Positions 27,102 to 36,507 of a stretch of DNA of 64,000 nt are shown in pieces (position 1 is the first letter of the stretch; the number at the start of each line of letters is the position of its first letter). The notes under the pieces were generated by a model that was given only the letters and a program-made list of their open reading frames with translations, made no database searches and was not told the DNA's origin. This DNA is from Aneurinibacillus sp. GTDB taxonomy: Bacteria; Bacillota; UBA5301; DYFA01. The position numbers and the translations under genes are program-made. The stretch is taken from positions 15,500-79,499 of the forward strand of contig DYFA01000006.1 in assembly GCA_020725425.1 (NCBI GenBank), given 5' to 3'.

Positions 27102-27857
27102 CTAGCTTGAGAGTCGCACGAGGTCGGCGATGCGGGCGATAAACGACGAGTTGGTCGGTTTCCCCGAATTCGCCCGGATGGTGGCCCCGAACACGTCGTA
27201 GAGGGCCTCGATATTCCCGAAGGTCCAGGTGTGCTCGATCACGTGGCGCAGGTTCCGCTCCACCAGGGCCGGTGAAACACCGAAGCGCCGGCCGATCTCC
27301 GGATAGAGCCTCTTGGTGACCTCGGACAGGTTCCGCTCGTCTTCCAAGACCAAAAGGACCGCCTCGCGCAGGTAACTGGCCCCTTTGAACTCCGCCGGGA
27401 CGCCGAGCCGGTGCAGAATCCGGTTGACCGCGGCGACGAGGGGGATGGGGGGCGTGTGCTGCGGTTTCTTGCCCGGCTCGTGCACCACCTGCCAGATCCG
27501 GGTGCAGAGCATGTCCGGCTGGAAGGGCTTGATGATGTAGTAGTCGGCCCCGAGCGAGAGGACCTCGTTGGCCAGGCTCTCCGCCCCGACCGCCGAGAAG
27601 ACGATGACCTTCGGGCGCTTGACCGGCTTGAGCCGCCCGAGTTCCTCGAGCACGCCGATCCCGTCGAGTTGCGGCATGATCAGGTCAAGCAGGAGGACGT
27701 CGGGCTGGCGCTCGCTGAGCAGCGCCAGGGCCTGCCACCCGTCGTGGGCCACTCCGACCAACTCCATGTCGCGACGGCGTTTCACCGCCTGCGATACGAT
27801 GTGGCACAGGTCCCCGCTGTCATCGGCCATGAGAATCTTGATCGGCTCGGAAGTCAT
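27102..27857 (-). CDS. spo0A: Spo0A-family response regulator (divergent)
   Basis: Receiver MADD...LLLDLIMPQLDG...IKPF; Spo0A_C LGVPAEFKG..YLREA, TKRLYPEIG, VERNLRHVIE, KPTNSSFIA; canonical position after recN-spoIVB. Confidence 0.85.
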   Translation of the reverse strand: MTSEPIKILMADDSGDLCHIVSQAVKRRRDMELVGVAHDGWQALALLSERQPDVLLLDLIMPQLDGIGVLEELGRLKPVKRPKVIVFSAVGAESLANEVLSLGADYYIIKPFQPDMLCTRIWQVVHEPGKKPQHTPPIPLVAAVNRILHRLGVPAEFKGASYLREAVLLVLEDERNLSEVTKRLYPEIGRRFGVSPALVERNLRHVIEHTWTFGNIEALYDVFGATIRANSGKPTNSSFIARIADLVRLSS

Positions 27858-27888
27858 CCCTGCCACCCCTGTGCGGCGATGGCGTTAC

Positions 27889-27916
27889 ATTTCTACGAAG
27901 CGCGGGATTCTCCTTT
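27889..27916 (-). promoter_or_regulatory. SigH-like promoter for spo0A, embedded in the 3' end of spoIVB
   Basis: AAAGGAGAA-N11-GTAGAAAT versus SigH consensus RNAGGAWWW-N11/12-RNNGAAT. Confidence 0.5.
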
Positions 27917-29284
27917 TTTTACCTGGTCCGGGCCGGCGATCAAGCCGCCCTCCAGGGCCATCCACTCCGCCAGCACCCCGTACCCCCGGGCCGGATCGTT
28001 GACAAAAACGTGGGTCACCACCCCGGCCAGCCGTCCGTCTTGAATGATCGGGCTCCCGCTCATGCCCTGGATGATCCCGCCTGTGGAGGCCAGAAGGCGC
28101 GGATCGGTGACCCGGATGACCAGACTCTTGCCGGTTGGGCGGGCTGAACGTCTCACCCGGACGATCTCGATGCGGAAACTCTCCACCTGCTGCTGGCGGA
28201 CCACCGTCCGGATCTCCGCCGGCCCGGTGTGTACCTCCTCCCGGGTGGCCACCGGCACGAACCGCTGGTCCCCCGCGGGCGGCTGCACTATCCGGCCGAA
28301 AATCCCGCACGCCGTGTTGCGCTCGATCGTCCCCAGGACGCCATAACGGTGATGAAAGAGGCCGATCTTCTCCCCCGGGCGCCCCCGCCGCCCCGGCTGA
28401 ATTCCGGCGATGACCGCCGGGACGATCCGCCCCTGGTGGAGGGTCACCCGCTGGCGGGTGAACCCGTCCGTGATCATGTGGCCCAGGGCCCCGTAGATCC
28501 CCGTCCGGGGGTCCCAAAAGCTCAGCGTCCCCACGCCGGCCGTCGGATCCTCCACGTAGAGGCCGAGTCGCCACCGCCCCGGGCGCTCAGGCCGCCACCC
28601 CGACTGCCCGCCCGCCTCCGGCTCCTCCCCCGCGCAGGCTGGAGCTACCTTAACCTGCAGCTGCCGGCCGCCCCGCCAGATCTCCAGCACCACCGGCCGT
28701 CCCCGCCCCGCACCCACGAGCGCCCCCAGTTGGCTGGCGGTATACACCGGCCGCCCGTCCACCGCAGTCACCAGGTCGCCCACCCGCACCCCGGCCTTCC
28801 GGGCCGGCTCCTCTGTGCCCCCGTCCGCCAGAGTCACCGGCCTGAAGCCGGTCACGACCACCCCCCGGCTAGCCACCAGGACGCCGATGGACTGGCCGCC
28901 GGTAACCACCCGGACTTCCGGAAGCACCGTGACCTGGCGTTCCCGCAGAGGGATGAGCCCGAAGAGGCGCAGAGTAAGCCGGGTGCTGCCTTCCCGGACC
29001 GGGTACAGCACGAGGCGGCGCGGGCCGGTGCCAGCGAAGCCCAGGAGCAACGGCCGGCGGTCCGAGGTCTGGGCCAGGCGGAGGACCGGCTGCTCCCGGC
29101 CAGCCGCGGGCAGCGAGACGACGATGGGCCAGCGCATCTCGAACCCGCGGCCCCGGCCCAGCATGAGGTGGATCTCGTGCGGCAGCCCGGCCCCCCACTC
29201 GGCGGAGAGCCAGGCCCCTCCGAGCAGGGCCAAAAAAAAGAGGAGAACCCTCCCGAAAGACTGGAGACGCCGGGTCACCCTCAT
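27893..29284 (-). CDS. spoIVB: SpoIVB peptidase S55 with PDZ domain
   Basis: GGQSIGV, AGVGTLSFWD, YGALGHMITD, GEKIG, TGGIIQGMSGSPIIQDG, VTHVFVNDP. Confidence 0.95.
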   Translation of the reverse strand: MRVTRRLQSFGRVLLFFLALLGGAWLSAEWGAGLPHEIHLMLGRGRGFEMRWPIVVSLPAAGREQPVLRLAQTSDRRPLLLGFAGTGPRRLVLYPVREGSTRLTLRLFGLIPLRERQVTVLPEVRVVTGGQSIGVLVASRGVVVTGFRPVTLADGGTEEPARKAGVRVGDLVTAVDGRPVYTASQLGALVGAGRGRPVVLEIWRGGRQLQVKVAPACAGEEPEAGGQSGWRPERPGRWRLGLYVEDPTAGVGTLSFWDPRTGIYGALGHMITDGFTRQRVTLHQGRIVPAVIAGIQPGRRGRPGEKIGLFHHRYGVLGTIERNTACGIFGRIVQPPAGDQRFVPVATREEVHTGPAEIRTVVRQQQVESFRIEIVRVRRSARPTGKSLVIRVTDPRLLASTGGIIQGMSGSPIIQDGRLAGVVTHVFVNDPARGYGVLAEWMALEGGLIAGPDQVKKGESRAS

Positions 29285-29320
29285 CCCTCGCCCCGGCCAC
29301 TCTTGGCCTGATATCAGGCG

Positions 29321-29350
29321 TAGAGTGCCCGGCGCACGACAGGGCTATTC
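29321..29350 (-). promoter_or_regulatory. SigF/SigG promoter for spoIVB
   Basis: GAATA-N15-GGGCACTCTA; spoIVB is SigF/SigG-dependent in B. subtilis. Confidence 0.65.
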
Positions 29351-31060
29351 CCTCTTGAGCCGGCGCTCCTCGGCCATCCGCACCATCTCTTCCGCGTGGC
29401 GCAGAGTGGTTGGCGTGAGCTTCACGCCCCCCACCAGCCGGGCGATCTCCGCCACTCTGCCCTCCCGGTCCAGCAGGGTGGCCGACACCTGCACTCTCCC
29501 CTTCGCCCCCATCCCTTTGGCGATGAGGTAATGGTGCTCCGCCATGCTGGCAATCTGGGGAAGGTGCGTGACACAAACCACCTGGCGTTCGCGGCCCAGA
29601 CGGGCCAGGCACTCCCCCACCGTCTGCCCGGCCCGACCGCTGATCCCGGCGTCGATCTCGTCGAAGATCAGCGTCGGCGTGGCGTCGACGCGGGCCAGCA
29701 CCGTCTGGAGAGCCAGCATCAGCCGGGACAGCTCGCCCCCCGAGGCGATCCGGGCCAGGGGGCGGGCGGGTTCCCCGGGGTTGGCGGTGAAGAGAAACTC
29801 GATCCGGTCCCGGCCGGAAGGACCGACCTCTCCTTCGGACACTCCCACCGTCAGGCGTGCCCGGGCCAGCGCCAGCTGGGGCAGAAGCGCGGAGACCAGC
29901 TCGCCCAGCCGGGCGGCCGCCGCCCGCCGGGCCTCGCTCAGCCGGCTGGCCGCGCTCTCGAGCGCCTTCTCCGCCTCTATTCGGGCGGCTGCCAGCCCCT
30001 CCAGGCTCTCCTCCGTCTGTTCCAGGGCGGCGAGCTCCGCCGCGCACTGCTCGGCGTAGGCGAGGACGGCGGGTACGTCCGTCCCGTACTTCCGCTTCAG
30101 CCGGGCGATCCGGTCCAGCCGCTCCTCGATCCAGTCCAGCCGCCGGGGATCGAGGTCCACCCGGTCGCGATAGACGGAGAGTTCCCGGGAAGCCTCCCTT
30201 ACCTGCACCCCAGTGACCTTCACCACCTCGGCCAGGGCCTCCAGGGCCGGATCGATCCGGGCCAGTTCCTCCAGGGCAGCCAGCGCCTCCCCCAGGAGGT
30301 CGCCGGCGCCCACCCCGCCTTCACCCCCGTATAGGGCGGCATACGCCCGTTCCAACTGGAAGGTCAGCTTCTCCGCCTGGCGGAGGAGCTGCCGCTCCCG
30401 GAGCAGTTCCTCCTCTTCTCCGGGACTCAACTGGGCATCGCGGATTTCCTTGAGTTGAAAGCGGAGAAAGTCAATTCGCTGGGCCCGCCGGGCCTCGCCG
30501 GCAGTCGCTTCCTCCCACCGGCGCGTCAGTTCCCGCAGCTGTTCGTAGAGGCGGGCCACTTCTTCCCGCCGGGCGAGCGCTTCCTCTCCGGCGAAGGCGT
30601 CGAGCAGGCTCAACTGCCTGTGGGGGTGGAGGAGGGACTGGTGTTCGTGCTGGCCGTGGAGATTGACCAGGAGGCTGCCGGCCGCAAAGAGTTGGTCGCG
30701 GGTGACCGTCCGGCCGTTGATGCGGCAGCGGGTCCGCCCGCCCGAGGAGAACTCCCGGCTGAAGACGTACGTGGCCTTTCCCGGCTCGGCATCCGGATCG
30801 GCGGCAATCCCCGCCTCCGCCAGGAAGGCCGTGGCGGGCGCCCCCGGCTCCAGAGCGAAGACGCCCTCCACCACGCCCGTCTCAGCGCCTCGCCGGAGTG
30901 TCTCGGGGCCGGTCCGCCCGCCGAGCATCACCTCGACCGCGTCGATCAGGATGGACTTCCCCGCGCCGGTCTCCCCGGTCAGCACAGTGAACCCGGGACC
31001 AAACGAGAGATCCACCTGCTCGACGAGGGCGAAGTTCTCGATGTGCACCTCTTTCAGCAT
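29345..31060 (-). CDS. recN: DNA repair protein RecN
   Basis: LTGETGAGKSILIDA, HGQHEHQ, ASGGELSRLML, FDEIDAGISG, VTHLPQIA. Confidence 0.97.
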   Translation of the reverse strand: MLKEVHIENFALVEQVDLSFGPGFTVLTGETGAGKSILIDAVEVMLGGRTGPETLRRGAETGVVEGVFALEPGAPATAFLAEAGIAADPDAEPGKATYVFSREFSSGGRTRCRINGRTVTRDQLFAAGSLLVNLHGQHEHQSLLHPHRQLSLLDAFAGEEALARREEVARLYEQLRELTRRWEEATAGEARRAQRIDFLRFQLKEIRDAQLSPGEEEELLRERQLLRQAEKLTFQLERAYAALYGGEGGVGAGDLLGEALAALEELARIDPALEALAEVVKVTGVQVREASRELSVYRDRVDLDPRRLDWIEERLDRIARLKRKYGTDVPAVLAYAEQCAAELAALEQTEESLEGLAAARIEAEKALESAASRLSEARRAAAARLGELVSALLPQLALARARLTVGVSEGEVGPSGRDRIEFLFTANPGEPARPLARIASGGELSRLMLALQTVLARVDATPTLIFDEIDAGISGRAGQTVGECLARLGRERQVVCVTHLPQIASMAEHHYLIAKGMGAKGRVQVSATLLDREGRVAEIARLVGGVKLTPTTLRHAEEMVRMAEERRLKRE

Positions 31061-31063
31061 CTC

Positions 31064-31543
31064 TCAGCCTCGCAGTTCCAGGAGGCGTTCGATCACCCGG
31101 GCGGCTGCTTCCCGGGCGGGGCTGGGGGGCTCGTACGGCGCCGTCCGGACCACGACCAGGATGGAGTCGTCGCCGGCCACCGTCCCCAGGACGTCTGGCC
31201 ACTCCAGGGCGTCCAGGGCCGCCGCCACCGCCTGGGCTGAACCCGGGGGCGTCTTCAGCAGGATGAGGTTCTCGCTGGCGTCGACGGCCGTCATGAACTC
31301 CCTCAGCATCCGCTTGGCCCGCGCCAGCGCCTCTTCCGCGAGCCGGTCCGGCGGGACGGCGTACCGGTAGCCGCCGTCACCGGTCGCCACCTTGACCAGG
31401 CGCAGGTCCTTGATGTCCCGGGAGACGGTGGCCTGAGTCACCTCGATCCCGCGCTCCCGGAGGTATTCGGTCAGTTCTGCCTGAGTCCCGATGGGCCGCT
31501 GGTGGATCGCCTCAAGGATCATGGCGTGGCGGCGCCCTTTCAC
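31064..31543 (-). CDS. argR: Arginine repressor
   Basis: TQAEL, VTQATVSRDIKDL, KTPPGSA, GTVAGDD. Confidence 0.96.
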   Translation of the reverse strand: MKGRRHAMILEAIHQRPIGTQAELTEYLRERGIEVTQATVSRDIKDLRLVKVATGDGGYRYAVPPDRLAEEALARAKRMLREFMTAVDASENLILLKTPPGSAQAVAAALDALEWPDVLGTVAGDDSILVVVRTAPYEPPSPAREAAARVIERLLELRG

Positions 31544-31556
31544 AGTTTCACCCCTC

Positions 31557-32417
31557 TCAGAGCGATGCGAGATGGCTGAGGCGGGTGTGGACCACCCGGA
31601 AGAACCCCGGCGGCTTCAAACGCACCAGCTTGGTCACCAGGGGAGAGCGCTCGATGGTGAGCTCGTCACCGGTGGTCAAGGCCTGGCCGACCTGCCCGTC
31701 CACGGTCAGGGCCACCTCCTCGCTGGAGGCCAGGACCCGGATCTTAAGCCGGGCGTCCGGGCGCAGGACCAGCGAGCGGGCATAGAGGGTGTGCGGGCAG
31801 ATCGGGGTGAGTAGGATGGCCTCAAGCTGAGGCGCGAGAATCGGTCCCCCGGCGGCCAGCGAGTAGGCGGTGGAGCCGGTCGGGGTCGCCACGATCAAGC
31901 CGTCGCCGCGGAAGCGCTCGATCCGCTCGTCCCCCGCCACCGCCTCGAGGGTGATGATCCGGGCCACCGCTCCCCGGTTGACCACCACGTCATTCAAGGC
32001 GTGATGCTGCTCCACGGCACAGCCTCGGCGCATCACGGTCGCCACCAGCATCATGCGGCGCTCGATAGTGTAGTCGCCCCTCAGGAGCCGGTCCAGCGCC
32101 TCTTCGGCCTCCCCGATCTCGATCTCGCTCAGGAAGCCCAAGTGGCCCAAATTGATGCCGAGCAGCGGCTTCCCTTCCCGGGCCAGCGGCTTGGCGGCGC
32201 TGAGCAGGGTGCCGTCCCCGCCCAGGACCACCGCGGCCTCGACCTCTTCGGCCAGGACCGCCAGAGGGCGGGCCAACTCGGGCCGGCCGACAGCCTGCGC
32301 CTCCGTTTCGGGGACCACCACCGCCACGCCGTGCTCTGCCAGCCAGGCGAGGAGGTTGAGGGTCGCCTCATGCGCCCGTTCCTTGTTCAGGTTCGGAATG
32401 AGGCCAATACGCTTCAC
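31557..32417 (-). CDS. nadK: NAD kinase
   Basis: LGGDGTLL, GINLGHLGFL, LNDVV, DGLIVATPTGSTAYSLAAGGP, PICPH; GTG start at 32417. Confidence 0.96.
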   Translation of the reverse strand: MKRIGLIPNLNKERAHEATLNLLAWLAEHGVAVVVPETEAQAVGRPELARPLAVLAEEVEAAVVLGGDGTLLSAAKPLAREGKPLLGINLGHLGFLSEIEIGEAEEALDRLLRGDYTIERRMMLVATVMRRGCAVEQHHALNDVVVNRGAVARIITLEAVAGDERIERFRGDGLIVATPTGSTAYSLAAGGPILAPQLEAILLTPICPHTLYARSLVLRPDARLKIRVLASSEEVALTVDGQVGQALTTGDELTIERSPLVTKLVRLKPPGFFRVVHTRLSHLASL

Positions 32418-32436
32418 GGCTTGCCCTCCGTCCCCT

Positions 32437-32454
32437 TGTGCATAATTATTCGGT
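32437..32454. promoter_or_regulatory. ARG box (ArgR operator)
   Basis: TGTGCATAATTATTCGGT, close to WNTGNATWWWWATNCANW; AT-rich patch about 20 bp upstream of nadK-argR. Confidence 0.6.
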
Positions 32455-33312
32455 CCGGGGCGTTCCTTTCCCTTCCCCGGCCACCTGGGCATGGGCCGCC
32501 GCCACCACCCGCTCGGCCTCGACCGCCAGGTTCGCCGGAAGGGGCACCGCCACCGGGCTCGTCCAGTCTTCCCCGGTCTTGAGGTGCATCAGGAACTCCA
32601 GGTTGCCCTCCGGGCCGGCGACCGGGGAAAAGGTGAAGCCGGCCCAGGTGGCGCCGGCCCCGGCCGCTGACTCGGCCAGCCGGACCAGCACCTCCCGGTG
32701 AACCGCCGGATCCCGCACCACGCCCTTCTTGCCCACCTCGCCGCGGCCCGCTTCGAACTGCGGCTTGACGAGGATGACCAAGTCGGCGGGGTGGCGGAGG
32801 AGGGAGAGGAGATGAGGCAGGAAGAGGCGCACCGAGATGAAGGAGGTGTCGACGGTGGCCAGGTCCGGCGCCACCGGCAGGCGGGAGGGGTCCAGGTGGC
32901 GGATGTTGGTCCGCTCGAGGACCACCACTCGCCGGTCTTGGCGCAGCTTCCAGGCGAGCTGCCCGTAGCCTACGTCCACGGCGTAGACGAGCCGCGCCCC
33001 GTGGCGCAGGAGGACTTCGGTGAAGCCGCCGGTCGAGGCGCCCACGTCGATCGCCACCCGCCCTTCCACCGGGATCGAGAAGACCTCGAGCGCCCGGGCC
33101 AGCTTCAACCCGCCCCGGCTGACGTAGGGAACCGCCTCCCCCCGCACCTTGACGGGAACCTCCGGGTCCACCGGCGTTCCAGCCTTGTCCACCCGGCGCC
33201 CCGCCACCTCGACCAGGCCGGCCATGATCGCCGCCCGGGCCCGCTCCCGGCTGGCGAAGAGGCCCCGCTCGACGAGCAACTGGTCCAGCCGCTGCCGGCC
33301 GCCTCTCCTCAC
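32446..33312 (-). CDS. tlyA: TlyA-family rRNA 2'-O-methyltransferase
   Basis: S4 domain RLDQLLVERG, YVSRGGLKL, DVGASTGGFT, VDVGYGQL, LVKPQFEAG, GPEGNLEFL. Confidence 0.95.
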   Translation of the reverse strand: MRRGGRQRLDQLLVERGLFASRERARAAIMAGLVEVAGRRVDKAGTPVDPEVPVKVRGEAVPYVSRGGLKLARALEVFSIPVEGRVAIDVGASTGGFTEVLLRHGARLVYAVDVGYGQLAWKLRQDRRVVVLERTNIRHLDPSRLPVAPDLATVDTSFISVRLFLPHLLSLLRHPADLVILVKPQFEAGRGEVGKKGVVRDPAVHREVLVRLAESAAGAGATWAGFTFSPVAGPEGNLEFLMHLKTGEDWTSPVAVPLPANLAVEAERVVAAAHAQVAGEGKGTPRTE

Positions 33313-35225
33313 TCCGGCCCACCTGCAAGCCAGGCGCCGACTCGCCGGGCCACCGCCGCCGGGGTCAAACCCACGGCTTCCAAAAGCACTGACCGGCTGC
33401 CGTGGGTCACGAACTCGTCCGGCAGGCCCAGAAGCAGGGTGCGCATCCCCGACCGCCCGTGGCGGCTGAGCGCCTCGAGGACAACCGCGCCGAACCCGCC
33501 CCGCGCGGTGTTCTCCTCCAGCGTCACTACGGCTCCGGCAGCGTCCGCCACTCCCAGCAGCAGTTCCTCATCGAGCGGGCGGCAGAAGCGGGCATTGACC
33601 ACCGTGGCCGGGATCCCCTCGCCCGCCAGAAGATCAGCCGCCTTCTCGGCCACCACGACCATCGTTCCAAGCGCCACGAGCGCCACCCGAGCCCCTTCGG
33701 CGCGCCGCCGCACTTCACCCCGCCCCCACGGGACGGTCGGTATCCCCGCGCCCTCGGGCAGGAGGGGGATGTCCCGCCCGTAGAGCGGCAACCCCTCCCC
33801 GCTGGCCCGCGGGTAGCGAATGGCCGCCGGGCCCGGGGCGGTGAAGGCGGCAGCCAGCATCTGCTGCAACTCCCGCTCGTCCCGGGGCGCCATCACCGCC
33901 AGGTTGGGGATGTGGGACAGGTAGGACAGGTCGAAGCTGCCGTGGTGCGTCGGGCCGTCCTCCCCGACGAGCCCGCCTCGGTCCACCGCCAGGACCACCG
34001 GCAGGTTCTGCAGCGCTATGTCGTGGACGATCTGGTCGTAACCGCGCTGGAGGAAGGTGGAGTACACCGCGAAGACCGGGCGCAGGCCAGCGGCGGCGAG
34101 CCCGGCCGCCAGAGTGGCGCCGTGCTGCTCGGCGATCCCAACGTCGAAGAAGCGCTCTGGAAAGGCCTGGGCGAACTCGGTCAATCCCGTCCCCTCCGGC
34201 ATGGCCGCCGTGATGGCGACGATCCGCGGGTCCCGCCGGGCGAGCTGGACCATCGTCTCGCCGAAAACCTGGGTGTAGGAGGGCCTGGTCGGCTGGCGGA
34301 GCAGCTCGCCGGACTCGACCACAAAAGGGGCCGTCCCGTGGAAGCGGGCGGCGTCAGTCTCGGCCGGCTCGTACCCCTTCCCCTTCCGGGTCAGCACGTG
34401 GATCATCACCGGGTCGGCGTACTGGCTGGCCTCCCGGAAAGCCTCGACCAGCGCCTGGACGTCGTGGCCGTCGAAGGGGCCGAAGTAACTCCAGCCCAGT
34501 TCTTCGAAGAGCATGCCCGGCACGAGGAGGTACTTCAGGCTGTCCTTGAGCCTTTCCGCCAGACGGGCCATCCCGGGGCCGACGGCCGGGATCCGGTTCA
34601 GGAGATACTCGATGTCGTCCTTGGCCCGGGTGTAAGTGCGGTCCATGCGCAGGCGGGCCAGGTACCGCGACATCGCTCCGACGTTACGGGCGATGGACAT
34701 CTCGTTGTCGTTGAGCACGCAGATGATGTGTTTCTTCAGGTGGCCGATCTGATTGAGCGCCTCGAAGGCCATGCCGGCCGTCATCGCCCCGTCCCCCACC
34801 ACCGCCACGACCTGGTTGTTTCTGCCTGCCAGGTCCCGGGCGATGGCCAGGCCCAGGGCCGCCGAGAGGGCCGTCGACGAGTGCCCGGTCTCGAAGAGGT
34901 CGTGCTGGCTCTCGGCCCTCTTGGGGAAACCGGCGAGCCCCCCGTACTGCCGGAGCGAGGAGAAGGCGGCGCGCCGTCCCGTCAGGAGCTTGTGCACGTA
35001 GCTTTGGTGGCCGACGTCCCAGATGATTTGATCCCTCGGGCTGTCGAAGGCCAGGTGCAAGGCGATAGTCAGCTCCACCACGCCCAGGTTCGAGGCGAGG
35101 TGGCCGCCGGTCCGGGCGACCGTCTGCACCAGAATCTCCCGGATTTCGTCCGCCAGCCGGTTCAGCTCTTCGGCAGTCAGCCGGCGCAGGTCCGCCGGCT
35201 GGTCAATGCGCTCCAGGATCGACAT
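33309..35225 (-). CDS. dxs: 1-deoxy-D-xylulose-5-phosphate synthase
   Basis: GGHLASNLGVVELT, WDVGHQ, GHSST, GDGAMTAGMAFEALN, DVGIAEQH, YSTFLQR, DGPTHHG. Confidence 0.97.
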   Translation of the reverse strand: MSILERIDQPADLRRLTAEELNRLADEIREILVQTVARTGGHLASNLGVVELTIALHLAFDSPRDQIIWDVGHQSYVHKLLTGRRAAFSSLRQYGGLAGFPKRAESQHDLFETGHSSTALSAALGLAIARDLAGRNNQVVAVVGDGAMTAGMAFEALNQIGHLKKHIICVLNDNEMSIARNVGAMSRYLARLRMDRTYTRAKDDIEYLLNRIPAVGPGMARLAERLKDSLKYLLVPGMLFEELGWSYFGPFDGHDVQALVEAFREASQYADPVMIHVLTRKGKGYEPAETDAARFHGTAPFVVESGELLRQPTRPSYTQVFGETMVQLARRDPRIVAITAAMPEGTGLTEFAQAFPERFFDVGIAEQHGATLAAGLAAAGLRPVFAVYSTFLQRGYDQIVHDIALQNLPVVLAVDRGGLVGEDGPTHHGSFDLSYLSHIPNLAVMAPRDERELQQMLAAAFTAPGPAAIRYPRASGEGLPLYGRDIPLLPEGAGIPTVPWGRGEVRRRAEGARVALVALGTMVVVAEKAADLLAGEGIPATVVNARFCRPLDEELLLGVADAAGAVVTLEENTARGGFGAVVLEALSRHGRSGMRTLLLGLPDEFVTHGSRSVLLEAVGLTPAAVARRVGAWLAGGPE

Positions 35226-35240
35226 GCCCCAACCCCATTT

Positions 35241-35828
35241 CTAGCGGCGCCGCGCCCGCCTTCGGGCCGTCCGCCGGCTGCCGTCGGCGGCCGGAAGACG
35301 CAGCCCGGTGAGGTGACCGAAGCGGTGAAAGAACCGCCCCAGGAGAAAGATGACTTCGTTGGCCCGGCGGATGGCCATGGTCTTGGCCGCTGCCTTCCCG
35401 CCCACCGTGACCGCGGCGATCAGCGCCAGGAGGAAGGCGCTGACCAGGGTCTCCGGCGCCTCCCAGGCCGCGACCAGCCGCACCACGATGGCCGCTCCCA
35501 CCGCCCCGCTGATGGTGCCGAAAACATCGCCGAGCAGGTCGTTGGCCACGTTGGCTACCCGGTCGGCATGACGCACCAGGTAGATAGCCTCTCGCGCTCC
35601 GGGGACCCTGTTGGCCGCCATGGCGTGAAAGGGCGGCTCCCCGGCCGCCGTCGCCGCCGTCCCGATTATGTCTGCCCCGACGTTGAAGAGAATGATCGCC
35701 ACCAAAAGAGAAAAAGCCGGCAGCAGCCCGACTTTGGTGATGACCGCATGGGAGACGAACGCCACGCCGAGCGCGATGAGGAGGGTCCAGAACCCCATCC
35801 CGAGCAACTTGCGCAGCGAATCCGGCAA
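35241..35828 (-). CDS. oapA: OLE-associated protein A (membrane protein)
   Basis: DIIGTAATAAGEPPFHAMAA, GAREAIYLVRHADR, NDLLGDVFGTISG (DxxxD), TVGGKA; TTG start at 35828 with SD GGAGG; immediately downstream of the OLE RNA. Confidence 0.82.
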   Translation of the reverse strand: MPDSLRKLLGMGFWTLLIALGVAFVSHAVITKVGLLPAFSLLVAIILFNVGADIIGTAATAAGEPPFHAMAANRVPGAREAIYLVRHADRVANVANDLLGDVFGTISGAVGAAIVVRLVAAWEAPETLVSAFLLALIAAVTVGGKAAAKTMAIRRANEVIFLLGRFFHRFGHLTGLRLPAADGSRRTARRRARRR

Positions 35829-35876
35829 TGGTGTCCCTCCAGAAACAGCCTGACGCTGGGAACGGACAATATGAAG

Positions 35877-36497
35877 TGACGGGTGGCAGCCCAGCGAGTA
35901 AACATTGCGGCTTGAGGTCCAGCTGGTTTTCCCATAAGGCGCACCGGTCGTTGCCGCACCGGCGGTTTCCCTTTGAGCGCCCCTCGGCGGCGTCGCCGCG
36001 CGCCGGGCTGGATTACCACTTAGTCCACACTCTAATCCCCGCAGGGCTTCCTTGATGGAACAGCCTAGGAGATTTCCTCGACGGCGCCGGCCATGCCCTA
36101 TCCTCTGTTGCAGCCCAACTTTCCCGCCGCACCGGCGGACGGCCTTACGCGTCGGCCGGCCGCCTGAACCCGGCGATCCCGACTGGGCCACTTCAAGGCA
36201 GGCTACGCTGCACCCAGCACAGAGCTTAAGTACGACAAGCGCCTGTTACTATGTACCGAAGTGCAGGTTCACGCCCAAGCCGTAGGTTTTCTGGTCACCC
36301 CACGCACTTGGGTCTCCGCGGGAGGGGGTCAACGCCCGCATGCCATTGCGGATCGCCCCGCACCCTTAACCCCCAGCACCAACCACCGACTGGGCGTCGG
36401 CAGCCAGCACCAGGGACTTCATCGATGTGCCCTTGACGGATCTTTAGGCCCGTCTTCGGACACGGCGGCACCGACTAGAATACTGCGCCACCCATCA
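35877..36497 (-). ncRNA. ole: OLE (ornate large extremophilic) RNA
   Basis: ~620 nt closed by TGATGGGTGGC/GCCACCCGTCA pairing; hallmark segments GCAGTATTCTAGTC, GGGCACATCGATGAAGTCCCTGGTGCTGGC, GCAGCGTAGCCTGCCTTGA, GATTAGAGTGTGGACTAAGTGGTAATCCAGCC, AAAGGGAAACCGCC, TGGGAAAACC; ispA...ole-oapA-dxs synteny. Confidence 0.9.
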
Positions 36498-36507
36498 AGT
36501 GGTTAGT

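Noticed and set aside
35877-36497. tmRNA, RNase P RNA or group I/II intron as the identity of the large non-coding region
   Set aside because: No GGGG...CCACCA tRNA-like ends or tag reading frame, no RNase P GAGGAAAGTCC motif, no intron-encoded protein. The sequence blocks and oapA synteny fit OLE.
35828-36506. Small ORFs 35828-36055, 36052-36285, 36251-36436 and 36261-36506, and the long N-terminal extension of ORF 35241-36191
   Set aside because: They lie within the OLE RNA. The real oapA start is the TTG at 35828 with a GGAGG SD.
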